DNA of 64,000 bases from Anthoceros angustus (lineage: Eukaryota > Plantae > Anthocerotophyta): positions 496,001 to 560,000 of the forward strand of contig MU008166.1 of NCBI GenBank assembly GCA_010909165.1, written 5' to 3'. Below are positions 37,842 through 50,100 of the stretch, piece after piece. The notes under the pieces were generated by a model, which made no database searches, was not told where the DNA came from, and was given only the letters and a program-made list of their open reading frames with translations. A program made the translations under genes and the position numbers. Each line of letters starts with the position of its first letter. Positions within the stretch are counted from its first letter, which is position 1.

Positions 37842-40268
37842 TCATTCTTCCTCCCCAGCCAGAAAGCTATGCACCACCCCATCCATGTCTGTCCAGCAGC
37901 TCTCGCCTGGCTGCTTCCACACCCCAATTCTTAATCGCCGTGCTTGCATCTCTTCAGCCAGTTCCCACATCTGGGCATCCGTATATATGTTTGACATCAG
38001 CACATAGGCTGCAGCATCTTCCATCTCTAGCTTCACTACTTCATCAAAAGCAAGCCGTCCCACCTCCACGTTGCCCCACTTTCGACAGGCACCCATTAGA
38101 GTGCGCCAAACTGCAGCATCAGGCAATACAGGCATTGTCCTTACCAAAGTTAGTGCCTCGTCCAGTTGGCCTGCACGGCCCAGGAGATCCGCCATGCAGG
38201 TATAGTGCTCAACCGTGGGATTGATGCCATAGTGTCTCCTCATAGCTTCAAAGTACTCACGCCCCTCATTCACTAGACCTGTATGACTGCAAACTGTTAG
38301 TAGACTTAGAAATGTGATGCTGGCTGGCTGTATGCCATCCTCTCTCATTCTGTAAAACAAGTCAAAGACAACTGCACTATCTCCTTGACGGGTATACCCT
38401 GCAACCAGTGCGTTCCAAGCGACATCATCTCTTTCTGGAAGTGCCTCAAAGACCTGTTGCGCTTCAACCATGCTACCACACTTTCCATACATGTTGATTA
38501 AACTGCCTGCTACAAGAACGTCAGCTTGAAGCCCTTGTTCTTTGATCTGTGCATGAAGCTGCCTTCCCAGATGCAAAGCTGCCACATTTGCACATGCCTG
38601 CAGGAGACACACAAATGTCACAGAATTGGGTGCAACCATGCCTTCTTCGCGCATAGTTTTGTGAAGACCAAGTGCTTCTAGCCCCATGCCCTGCTGGGAA
38701 TATCCTGCTATCATGGCATTCCATGTCACCACATCTTTATGAGGCAGTCCGTCAAAGACGCCCTGAGCATCCACCAGGCTGCCACACTTTGCATACATGT
38801 TTACCAAACTGGTGGCCACGACCACATCTGCTTGAAGCCCTTGTTTTCTGATTTGTTCATGAAGCTGTTTTCCCTTCTCCAGCGCTAGGATGCCCACATT
38901 CGCACATGCCTGCAGGAGGCACACAAAAGTTACATCGTTGGGTGCGACAATGCCTTCTTCCTGCATCTCCCCGTAGATGCGAAGGGCTTCCACCCCCATA
39001 CCCTGCTGGGAATATCCTGCTATCATGGCACTCCATGTCACCACATTCTTTTCACGAAGTCCATCAAACACTACCTGGGCATCCTCCAGGCTGCCACACT
39101 TCGCGTACATGTTTACCACGCTGTTGGCTATAAACATATTGGCCTGAAGTCCTCGTCCTCTAATTTGTGCGTGAAGCTCTTTCCCCTTCTCCAAAGCTGG
39201 TGTGCCTACGCTTGCACATGCCTGCAAGAGACACACAAATGTCACAGCATTGGGTACTACAATGCCATCATCTTGCATAGCCTTGTAGAGACGAAGGGCC
39301 TCATGACCCCTTCCATGCTGGGAATAACCTGACATCATGGCACTCCAGGTCACCACATCCTTTTGAGGAATCCCATCAAACACTGCTTGGGCGTCTTCCA
39401 AGCTGCCACACTTTGCATACATGTCGACCAGCCCACCAGAAACAAACAAATCAAGTTCAACGCCACTAGCCAACACATCAGCATGCACCTGCTGCCCAGA
39501 TTTCAAGTCTGCTGCCTTAGCACAAGCTTGAAGGGCTGCTAAAAACACATGGCCATCTGGCTTCACACTTGACCTGCGCATCCGCTGATACAGTTGTATG
39601 GCCTGGTGATCTTGTCCGTGTTTAACATTCGCAGAAATTATGGCAGACCAGGTGTAGGCATCTGGCTCGGCAACCACTGTGAAGGCATCCATAGCTTCTT
39701 CCAACCTAGCATGAGCAGAGTACATACGCACGACGTGGCTGCACAGGAACGTGCCCGACTCATACCCCTTCGTCACCGTGAGAGCATGAACCCGGCGACC
39801 CAGAGGCAGATCCTTTTTGGCCACACATTCTTTCAGCACAGCATAAAAAAGGGAACTGGAAATATGACAGTCTGTGCGCACCAGAATTCCCAGAGCCTCA
39901 ACGGCTTCAGTGAGCTGCCCCTGCTCACATAGATTGCTTACAATTTCTGCCGTGACGCTCATTTCGTGTACTGCTGGCCTGCGAGACTCATGATCATCCT
40001 GCACGGTCCAACGAGTGGGGTCCAAAAGCAGTTGTTGCCCCAGGACCCCCTGACGACGACCCTCGCTGGAACATCCGCTTTCATCCAGACTTCCTCGATG
40101 GACTGCCTTTGCTGCAAAGGTGCAATACCTCTCGACTTCCTTGTTTGCCAATGCTTGGTTCCATGAAGTCAGGTGAGCGGGAGCTCTACCTGTGAACCCA
40201 CCACTTTTTTGGGTCCACAAAGATGGTTCCCGCAACAGGTCCTGTTGTGACAAAATTGCAATGCGCAT
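37842..40268 (-). CDS. PLS-class PPR protein with E1-E2 and a WW-like PG box, no complete DYW domain (organellar RNA-editing factor)
   Basis: Intronless 808 aa. Repeated MYAKCGSLEDA / DVVTWNAMIAGY / TFVCLLQACA triplets; HYTCMADLLGRAG; VWRTLMGACRKWGN; AAYVLMSNIY; KQPGESCWTDMDGVVHSF. Confidence 0.93.
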   Translation of the reverse strand: MRIAILSQQDLLREPSLWTQKSGGFTGRAPAHLTSWNQALANKEVERYCTFAAKAVHRGSLDESGCSSEGRRQGVLGQQLLLDPTRWTVQDDHESRRPAVHEMSVTAEIVSNLCEQGQLTEAVEALGILVRTDCHISSSLFYAVLKECVAKKDLPLGRRVHALTVTKGYESGTFLCSHVVRMYSAHARLEEAMDAFTVVAEPDAYTWSAIISANVKHGQDHQAIQLYQRMRRSSVKPDGHVFLAALQACAKAADLKSGQQVHADVLASGVELDLFVSGGLVDMYAKCGSLEDAQAVFDGIPQKDVVTWSAMMSGYSQHGRGHEALRLYKAMQDDGIVVPNAVTFVCLLQACASVGTPALEKGKELHAQIRGRGLQANMFIANSVVNMYAKCGSLEDAQVVFDGLREKNVVTWSAMIAGYSQQGMGVEALRIYGEMQEEGIVAPNDVTFVCLLQACANVGILALEKGKQLHEQIRKQGLQADVVVATSLVNMYAKCGSLVDAQGVFDGLPHKDVVTWNAMIAGYSQQGMGLEALGLHKTMREEGMVAPNSVTFVCLLQACANVAALHLGRQLHAQIKEQGLQADVLVAGSLINMYGKCGSMVEAQQVFEALPERDDVAWNALVAGYTRQGDSAVVFDLFYRMREDGIQPASITFLSLLTVCSHTGLVNEGREYFEAMRRHYGINPTVEHYTCMADLLGRAGQLDEALTLVRTMPVLPDAAVWRTLMGACRKWGNVEVGRLAFDEVVKLEMEDAAAYVLMSNIYTDAQMWELAEEMQARRLRIGVWKQPGESCWTDMDGVVHSFLAGEEE

Positions 40269-40898
40269 GGCTCGCGGGAGCGCGCTACCAACCTATGCAT
40301 GGATTGGACACCGACCCGTCCTGGAGACTACCTGGAATGCCACTTGTTTCGATGACTTGAGTCGAGACCAACGTCCAGATCATAGACCACTGGTGTTCTG
40401 GACTAGCACCTATCACAGGACCTCAAGCAAAGCACGAACGTTTACAGATGCTGGACAAGCTGCCTTGATGGGCTAGAATTTCAATGGTGCATTAGAATAA
40501 TCGTTACTTGTTGTGACCAAGGCTGTGGCATGCTCCCCGTTGCTATCTGGCGACAAGGTCGGACACGCATCCAAATTGTTGTTCGGAAATCATCTCCAAT
40601 ATCAAAATTGACTGCTGTTTTCTTCAAGTTAGGAGAGCTGTTGCACCACCGGGATCGGTTATGACAAGAGCCGTCAGATGCCCAATGTTGAGCTGGGTAT
40701 CGGACGTCTCGTGTCCTAGCTGAGGCGACTCTCGCACGGATGTATCCAACATGCGCACGCCTTGAATCCCTTCACAGGCTTTTCCATGTGTCCAGACTAT
40801 GTCCCTGTGACGGTCAGCAAATACTTCACGATTGAGAGTGGGGTCCGTTCGCGAGCATTATCCAGGAAAGCTTCTCACTGTGCCCATAAAAAACCAGT

Positions 40899-43312
40899 TT
40901 ACCTTTGCTCCCCAACCAGAAACCTGTGCACCTCTCCGTCCATGTCCGTCCAGCAGCTTTGGCCTGGCTGCTTCCAGGCCCCAATGCCTATTCTTCTTGT
41001 TCGCATTTCCTCAGCCGGCTCCCACATCTCAGCATCAGTATATATGTTCGACATCAACACATATGCTGCGGCATCTTGCACGTCTAGCTCAACCACTTCA
41101 TCGAAGGCAAGGCGGCCCACCTCCACGTTACCCCACTTCCGACAAGCACCCAATAGAGTGCGCCAAACTGCAGCATCTGGTAGTACCGACATTGTCCTTA
41201 CCAGAGCCAGTGCCTCATCGATTTGGCCTGCACGGCCCAGGAGATCCACCATGCATGTATAGTGCTCCACCGTAGGACTGATGCCATAGTGACTGCTCAT
41301 AGCCTCAAAGTACTCTCGCCCCTCGGTCACTAGACCTGTATGACTACAGACCGTTAGTACACCAACGAACGTGATACCATCTGGCTGTACGCCATCCTCT
41401 CGCATTCTCACAACCAAGTCAAAGACCTCGTCACTGTTGCCCTGCTGGGTATATCCTGCAACCAGTGCATTCCAGGCCACAATGTCCCTTTCCGGCAGTG
41501 CCTCAAACACCTGCTGTGCTTCACTCATGCTGCCGCACCTTCCATACATGTTGAGTAAACTGCCTGCTGCAAGCACATCAGCTTGAAGGCCTTGTTCTTT
41601 GATTTGTGCATGAAGCTCCCTTCCCAGATGCAGGGCTGAAACATTTGCACATGCCTGCAGGAGAGAGACAAATGTCACAGCATCGGGTTCAGCAGTGCCG
41701 TCTTCTTGCATAGCCCTGTAAAGACCAAGGGCTTCCAGCCCCATGCCCTTCTGGGAATAGCCTGCTATCATGGCATTCCATGTCACCACATTTTTTTGGC
41801 CAAGTCTGTCAAACACGCCCCGGGCATCCTCGAGGCTGCCACAGTTTGCATACATGCACACCAGACTGCTGGCTTCAAACATATCAGCTAGATGCCCTCG
41901 TTCTCTGATCAGTGCATGAAGCTGCTTTCCCTCCTCCAAAGCACGCGTGCCCACACTTGCACATGCCTGCAGTGCAGATACAAATGTCACGGAGTCAGGC
42001 GCAGTCAACCCTTCTTGTTGCATGGCCCTATACAGACCAAGAGCTTCCAGGCCCATGCCCTTCTGTGAATAAGCTGCTATCATGGCATTCCAGGTCACCA
42101 CATTCTTTTGACCAAGTCCGTCAAACACATCCCGTGCATCCTCAAGGCTCCCACACTTTGCGTACATGTTTACCAAACTGCTCGCCACAAACACATCAGC
42201 TTGAAGTCTTTGTTCTCTGATAACTGCATGAAGCTGCTTGCCCTTCTCCAAAGCGGGGGTGCCCACACTTGCACATGCCTGAAGGAGGCACGCAAACGTC
42301 ACAGAATTGGGTGCAACCTTGCTTCCTTCTTCCATGGCGCTGTAAAGACAAAGGGCTTCCTGACCCATGCCCTGGTTGGAATACCCTGCTATCATGGCAC
42401 TCCACGTCACCACATCTTTATGACCAAGTCCGTCAAACACTCTTCGAGCTTCAACCAAGCTGCCACACTTCGCATACATGTCCACCAAGCAATTACAAAC
42501 AAACAAATCCCGCTCAAGACCACAAGCCAACACATCAGCATGCACCTGCTGCCCAGAATCCAAATCTGCCCCCCTCGCACAAGCCTGAAGTGCTGCTACA
42601 AACACATGACCATCTGGCTTCACGCTTGACTTTCGCATCCGATGGTACAGCAGCATGGCTTGCTTATCTTGTCCGTGTTTAACATTCGCAGAAATGATGG
42701 CAGACCACGTGAAGGCATCTGGCTCCTCAACCATATTGAACACATCCATAGCTTCTTGCAACCTCGCATGAGCAGAATACATTCGCAGGATGTGGCTGCA
42801 CAAGAACGTGTCCGACTCATACCCCTTCTTCACAGTGAGAGCATGGACGAGGCGACCCAGAGGAAGATCCTTCCTTGCCACACATTCTTTCAAGATCGCA
42901 TAGAACAGAGGTTTGGAAATCTGACCATCTGTACGCACCAGAACTCCCAGTGCCTCAACGGCTCTCCTGAGCTGCCCCTGCTCACATAGTTTGCTCAAGT
43001 TTTCGACTGTTACGAGCCTGAGGGTATCACGATCATCCCCCACGCTCCAGTTGAGCGCAGGGGCACGGCTGACTATCCGCATATCCAGAACAGCAGCTAG
43101 ACTGTAGAAGTTGCTCCCCCAGAGGACGAAGACTCGGCCAGATATCGTCCGGGAAAGGCTGGCTTTGTTGCAGATGTGCTGCAATTTGCGGCTTCGTTGT
43201 TTGCCAACGCTTGGTTCTTAAAAATCAGCTGAGCAGGAGCTCTTCCACCGCTCTGTTGATTCCACAAACATTTCTCCCACGATGGATATTGTTGCGCTTT
43301 ACATGAATCCAT
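40899..43312 (-). CDS. Second tandem PLS-E PPR gene; N-terminal leader out of frame (possible pseudogene)
   Basis: The main ORF (40899-43184) is paralogous to the 37842-40268 gene. The homologous leader (LWNQQSGG-RAPAQL..NQALAN) is in a different frame, ATG 43312 to stop 43097. Confidence 0.85.
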
Positions 43313-44159
43313 TGCCACAGTACAGGGCCAGGACGTTTAGACAAGCGACCCGCAGATCACTGGTGGGGACTGTTAGTATCTGTGAAGCTACCAGAACACT
43401 TCACATCAGCGAGAAGCCTTCCGCTATACCAGGCGCCTTAACCAGGGCTGTCTTTTAACGCGAGGTGAATCGGGGTTGCGGTGTTTCTGGTACATACCGT
43501 AAGTACATCGATTTTCCCAGGCACGTTGGGCCTGTTCGCCTGTTCCTCCTCACAAGGGAGTGAGTTCATGCACTCCTGTGAACTCCCGCATATATTTTGA
43601 GTAGTGGTCTATTTTTTCTAACCTTTCTTGGCCAATTTTATTTGTTTAGTTTTTTATTTATTTAAAATTAGATCATAGTTTCGATTCCTAAAAGAGGTTG
43701 TAATGTGAGATCCAATAAGCCTCACCTTTCTACGAGGCCTCGCTATTAATACCGTCGGTGACCCTAAATATAGCATGTGAGTCACCCCTGTGAGCATGCA
43801 GTCATGCATCGGTTTCTCCAACGGTCTCTAAGTTCCTTACAATCCAGCAGCTTGAGGGATGGTAGTTTGCTTGGGGTTGAGAGAATATAAGGTTTGCCAC
43901 ATAAGCTAGTATGTTTGACAAACCCATTTTTCTACCAATTGATGTCGAGTATGATGTATTTATCATAAATTTTAAAATTTATTATTTTTAGAGTATTTTT
44001 TTACAAATAATTTTCTTCTCGATTGATAAGTATATTATCCACGGTCTGAAATAAATGAAACTAACCATTTTCTCACATTAATTGTTTGAGGACTTGTTGA
44101 ATGACTCTTTGACAGAAAGAGATAAGTTCCTCCACAAGACGGCGATAGTAGGTGATGCA

Positions 44160-44275
44160 TCTTCCTCTACCTCCGTGGTTTGCAGGCCGCTTATTCTTCC
44201 TCTACCTCCGTGGTTTGCAGGCCGTTTATTCTTTCTCTCTTTACCTTCGTGGTTTGCAGGCCGATTATTCTTCCT
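44160..44275. repeat. ~35-38 bp tandem repeat x3
   Basis: tacct(c/t)cgtggtttgcaggccg.ttattctt x3. Confidence 0.85.
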
Positions 44276-44569
44276 GCATATGACATTGTGGGTGGAGTAG
44301 GTGATTTTAGGTAGGGAGCTCAGTTGCTCCTCTCCACCTCGACCCCTGGTCTCCTTTGGTTGTCCCCTCCTCGATGGGCTTTTCCCATCGTTTTTTCACC
44401 TCAATAAAAACTTTTCTTCACACCGGCCTGTTAATGAGTTTCCACATACAGAGAGATGAGCAAACGTTAGGAGAGTGACAGGCTTGCAATATCGTCAGCT
44501 TTCGTTCACACGTATGGTTAACTAGGATGACCTATCACGAACAACAAGCGGTTTGCAGGGTTATCAGGG

Positions 44570-44770
44570 TTTTATTTCGGTGTCGACTCCAGTAGGCAGC
44601 CTCCATCTGCGTAGCGAGTTATCCACGGAGAGTAGCCATCCAGAGAGGTGGGAGATGCTCTGCTGGGTAGATAGTACCAAGGCCAGTCTGGGGAGGCAGT
44701 ATGTGTCCAGGGCCCAGATCCTATCCCGGAAGCGGATTGTGTGGGGATATTTGAGGCAGATGGCTACTGT
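44570..44770 (-). mobile_element. Fragment of an R2/NeSL-type (RLE-clade) non-LTR retrotransposon RT thumb
   Basis: RIWALDTYCLPRLALVL...WLLSVDNSLRRWRLP matches the KxxxLxxYxLPRLxxxL...LxxLDxxIRxxxxxWLxLP pattern. Confidence 0.45.
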
Positions 44771-46128
44771 GTAGCCGGTGAGGGTTGAGATGCTGTCAGT
44801 AGCTCTGTGGTTGGTTAGGTGAAGATGTGACTGGATGATAGGCCTGCCCAGGAGAAACAGACAGAGAAAAAGAGAAAAGTGTTCCATCTTGCCTGGAGCC
44901 TTCCTTGCAATGGGCGCAGCAAGGGAGGGAATGGTGGGCAGATATGTGCAGCGGAGCGCGAGCCACAGCAGTGGCTGATGTGATCAGATGGTGTGGTGTG
45001 AAGGTGTACCTTGCAGATTCTTCCTTAGCCCTGCAAGGGCATACGAAACTGTTCAATCACAGCTTCTGAGTATGAGACTGTATGTCCATACAAGGACCCA
45101 GCAAGGCAACGACTTTGTCGCAGCTCTGCTCTCACATGTCCCCACCAACTCGACAGGAACCGAACTTTTTTAGATGCAGACTGCAGAATTCACAGCATCT
45201 CGCCGTGGGAAGGATTCCGTGTTTCGAATAGCAAAACCGCGGGAGTTGTCGGCCTTGCTGAGCAGTGAACGACTGTGAAGGTGGCACAAGTCTACTTGCC
45301 AATCGGATCCCAATTACAACTGCCCAATTACAACTGGAACCATGTCCTCCGTCTCCACGTGTCTGAGCAACACATGCGGCCCCCTCAAACTACCTATACT
45401 CTTTCAGAAGAAAACATTAGGCGCCAGACGCGTCTGTGGCGGCAGAATCGGGCTGATTTGTTGGGGCGCGGAGTCTCTTATTCTGGTTCGGTTCGAGGAG
45501 GATTGTGCTGAAACTGATGCAGCAGGGGACGGTGTTCGCAAACCTGATAGCTTCCAATTCAACGCGCTCTGGACTTGGAAGTGGGTTGACCATATAGTGG
45601 GTCTAACCTGCAGGTTTGGATGCCATAAGCAAGCTCGGCGAGTCGCACATTTGTAGATCCCGCTCCCATTAGGCAGCTGTTTTAGATCCAACTCGGCTCG
45701 GTCCTGTGAGCCGGGTGTTGTGGTTGATGACACGGAGGTGCAAATCGAGCAAGCTACCATCCCCGCGGGTGCTGAGTGGTGCTAAGAGTAGGGCTGGGGC
45801 TTCGCAAGCCGCTGAGAAACTGTAGGCCCTGTGCTGGCGGTCCGCCTCCGTGGCTGCCTTCTGCAAGGTTCGTGAACAGGAGGATCACAGAGCTTGAGTA
45901 GTTCCTGGTTTCTTCTTGCTGTAAGTGTATGAGGAATTTCTAGGTCTGACCACTATCTGTTGCTGCGGAAACTGTGAGGTGAGTTTGTGCTGCTATCATT
46001 AGGCCAGCTATGGCAGAATGATTGCTGTATTGAGATGTGACTTTGTTAGGGATATATGTTTAATGCTCCTTTCCGTGTGTGCCAGACAGATCAGCCTTGC
46101 AGATTGCGGCATTTGCGATTTGGAGGTC

Positions 46129-47178
46129 ATGCGACTTCCTGGAACTCATCTTAGGCTACTCAGTAGGTCCCTGTCACAACTGCGGTATAATGCAGCGTGT
46201 CTCCAACCCCCAACTCCATACCACGTCAGTCCCAGCCCTAGGTCAAGGTCAGCTGTCTTTCGACTGCCCCATCTTAACCTGGATGGGCTTTGGAGAAGGG
46301 TGGAGGATGAGGTTTTCGGTGGCCAAAGCTATCCCACAGTCTTGCGGAAACGGCTGGGATGTGGGTTGGAGCATAGTCGAGGATTTCTGAGTATTGATGG
46401 AGACGATGACGGATTATCCAAGCACTACGAAGAGACGAGGCTGATAGGGTGAGCCCTAAATGTGACTGATTGAAGGGAGTCTGCGATTCGCACCCACTCA
46501 TACGGAGGATGGAGCTAACATGTTTCTTCTTCTTCTATTCAGGTATTCTCCAGAGCAGCTGTATACGGTTGTAGCAGCAGTTGAGCTGTATCAGGACTTT
46601 GTGCCCTGGTGTCAAAGGTCCACCATACTGTGGCGGAAAGGGGGGGAAGCTCTGGAAGCTGAGCTTCAGATCGGATTCAAGTTCCTGACTGAACGTTACA
46701 TCTCACACGTAACGATGAGCCGCCCCAACTTCATCAAGGTCACCTTGTGCTCCAGACTGTTCATGATTCTCCTGTTCCACGTCACTTCATGTCAGTATCC
46801 TTCTGGTTCTTATGTAGGGCTATGCTGTGTTTTATTTGTGCAGACCACTTCATCGCAAAGTACTTTATTTGAACATCTGAAGAACGAATGGACATTTAAA
46901 CCTGGACCGACTCCACATTCGACCGAGCTTCACTTCATGGTGGACTTCCAATTCCGATCCCCCTTGTATCGCAAGGTGAGGCATTGGTGGCCAAGACAAC
47001 AACTTGTTTGATCCTCGAAGTTCCCAACTTTTCATGTTCACCTCCTCTAACACGTGTTGGTCTTTTACAGGTTTCTCACTTGTTTTTCAACGAGGTTGTT
47101 GCGAAGCTTGTAAGCTCATTTGAGGACCGGTGCAGACATGTGTATGGCCCTAGCGTCGACGTCATGAAAAGGAAGTGA
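46129..47178 (+). CDS. COQ10: Coenzyme Q-binding protein COQ10 (START/polyketide cyclase fold), mitochondrial; 4 exons
   Basis: YEETRLIG|YSPEQLYTVVAAVELYQDFVPWCQRS, AELQIGFKFLTERYISHV, LFEHLKNEWTFKPGP, VDFQFRSPLY, FEDRCRHVYG. Exons approximately 46129-46448, 46543-46738, 46844-46975, 47071-47178. Confidence 0.93.
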
Positions 47179-50100
47179 TGTGGGTCAGCAATTCATCCCT
47201 TTTTATTGCCAGCATTTGGCAATGTGCACCGGTGTCTGTCTTGCCACAATTTGGCAGGATGATGGTGCCAATTTTTCAAGGGTGTAGATTAACGCGACGA
47301 TATTCTTACCTAAGCTGTAGAGGCTGGTAGAAGTGTCAAGGCTTCCTTTCTCAGAACGCAACAATCAGTTGGTTAGAATACCTCTTCCACACCTGCAAGT
47401 GCAACAGCAAATCAAGGCCATTTTCCGGCCTAATACGACCTCTCTCAAGTTCCAAAACCCAGAACATGCGGCTTCCTAGTCTTTACTGGTTAGAAAATGG
47501 GTGGTCAAACGTACAGCTCTCTCCACAGCAATACAGTACACATGTTGTTCTTTAGCCAGGTGAGTGAAGATATGCCACAAATCTCCGGACGGAGTGTGAA
47601 GTGTCATCAGCCGGAGCTCTTCTGATGTCACTCAATGGCAGCGAAAGGACAGGGCACCAAAATGATTACCATAGTGGCAGGTGGAGCCTCTGGAAGCCAA
47701 GGCGCCTATCCCCCCTCCCTCGCCCTTCTGCAATTCATGGAAGGAAGTTCCATCTAACGACTTGGGATTAAGTCATGATTGAGCCTCATGATAGCAGAAG
47801 GTTACAGAAGCCCGAGCACCTGCTTACACCACCACCTCCTGCAGCTTGCTGCTGCTGGATAGAGTAGAGCTAACAGGCAGAGGCTTCCACATAACCAATG
47901 TGGAATAATTCCAATGCAAGGGGGTGTGCGGAATAATTCCAATCCGGCGTACCCCCTTGCAGGCATTTTGAGGGAAAAGGGCATTCCAGCTACCCGCACC
48001 GTGGAGGTACAGCGCTTGCCATCTCTACCTTGAGAGATGCTGCACAGCTTCCTGCCCAGTCTGTGCGACTAGCTTCCGTGCCTCACAGCCAAGCAATGCC
48101 ATGCGCGAGCAGCAGCAGCAGTGGTTGAGTGAGCAAGAACTGCAACTGCTTGCCAGAAAGCCGCATGGTAAGCTGGCTACCAGCAACATCCAGTACCACG
48201 ACCCCGACCTGTTCCTTTCAAGCAATTTCGAAGTCTCGAGCCACGCCAAATGTGAAACCATACACCTCTCTCCCCCGGAAGTGAAGACAATCCTGAGCCG
48301 TGCTCGACTCGTACTGACAAGCCTCCTGGCCAAGAACGATCCATCACCCTAGCTGTGCCAGCCTTTCCGCCAACTAGACGACACCAGGCATCCGTCACAT
48401 CGCTCCCTTCCATAAAGAATCGGGTGAGCCAGCCTCACCTCAGAGGTAGGGATCGAACAGGGACCGGCCGCTCCAGCACAGCACACACCACAGCAAGACC
48501 GTAATCCGATTCCAAAACCAAGCCTATCCAATCTTGATCCAATCAAATGAACTCAGCTCCGAAACAGCTCGCTTTCTTGCGCAGCAGCAGGCCCGGCCAG
48601 CTTTCGTCTGGCTCCAGCGCACCAAATTGTAAACAAATCCCTGGCCATCTGCGGTCAAACACGGCACACCCCCGCTCACCTGCCACAACGGAATGGCCGT
48701 GGCCGCACACTCACTCCCCCGCCGGGCCAGCCTACACCACAGTGCGACTGCGACGGCAGTGCGGGACAGGCGCAGAGGCAGGTGAGGGGAAAGAGAGGCG
48801 GTTTGGTGCAGGACTTGAATGACTTCATGAATGCCTACTCACCGTCAGACCACGGGATGGTGCAGCATTCACATGGGCCGAGCCGGGCAAGACGAAGCCA
48901 TCTTCATCTTCGTCTCCTCCATTTCCTCTCCTCTCCTCTCCTCTCCTCTCCTCTCCTCCCAACCGTCACCGTCACCCCCGCTGGCGCTCCCCGCATCCAA
49001 CACGTCTCCCGCACGACTCCCCGCCAACTGCACTCCAATCACGACCCGCGCACCACGCTCGCCCTCGCCCGCCATGGACAGTGTACATCGCACACACGCC
49101 GGCGTCACGCCCGACAGACGCCGTCTGTCAGGCGAGTCAATTTCGGGCCGCGCTCCCGTCCGGTACCGGCGCATCCCGTCCCGTCCCGTCCCGTCCCAGC
49201 TCTGGCTCCCACACCTCGGCGTTTCGAGTCGCGTCTCGACCTAAAAAACGTGCCACCAATTCCTCCCGTCCCACTTCTCGCTTCCCGCTTGTCGCATGCA
49301 AGCCCGCCCGCCCTTGGCGTTATTATTAACACAGGTCGATAACCTGGCCTACGTGTCCCCCCTTGTCGTTTCCAATTCCACCATGTCCTTCATCAAAGGA
49401 TTCGCCTCGCCCCCCATCCCTCCCCCCTCTCTCACACTCGAGCGTCGAGGCCCGAATCTGGCTCCTCCTCGAAACCCTAAAAATGCCTATGACGTTCTAT
49501 CAACCCTTCACCCAATCAGGATCCCGCTGGCCGTTTGTTGCATCCGTCTCTTCTGTTACGATCGGGGTCAATCTGACACGATGATGAATCGAACAAACCC
49601 TCCCACATGAGCAAACGCCCCACTCGGACGTTGCAACCATCTTTCACTCCCTCCCAGGAACAACCCAATTCGGGCCGTTCCTGCGCTGGCGCATATCCTT
49701 GCGTCATAACGACCCCTATTCCGCAATTCACAATTCCACCGAAGTTACTTCAATCTCGAACACCGACAGTGATTATTAAGACCAATAGCATCTGACATCA
49801 GACTGCCAGGGCATTCCGAGAATTGACCTCGCGACTCCTCGCACCCAGAGCGAGAATCGTACCACCAGACCAAATGCGGCATGGAGGAGACTTGTAAGAT
49901 CGGAATTACGGTCCAGTGATAAATTTCCAATTAACGTTCATATACAGTTCTAACTATTTTCGTATTTGTGATTCACCCCTTCAGCGTTGTGGCTGGGAGG
50001 ACGTCGTTCATGGTACGCGCGGCTGTTGGCTCCAGCCTTTTGGTGTTGACATTGGGTAGGTGGGCGGGTTGGTGGGTACGACGGCAGATTATGTTAAAAT

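Noticed and set aside
46465-46485. miR159/319-like sequence gattgaagggag
   Set aside because: Short partial match in a COQ10 intron with no precursor hairpin.
47700-47722. miR390 target or TAS3 site
   Set aside because: Only ggcgcctatccc resembles the site. The seed-pairing tgagct part and a second site are absent.
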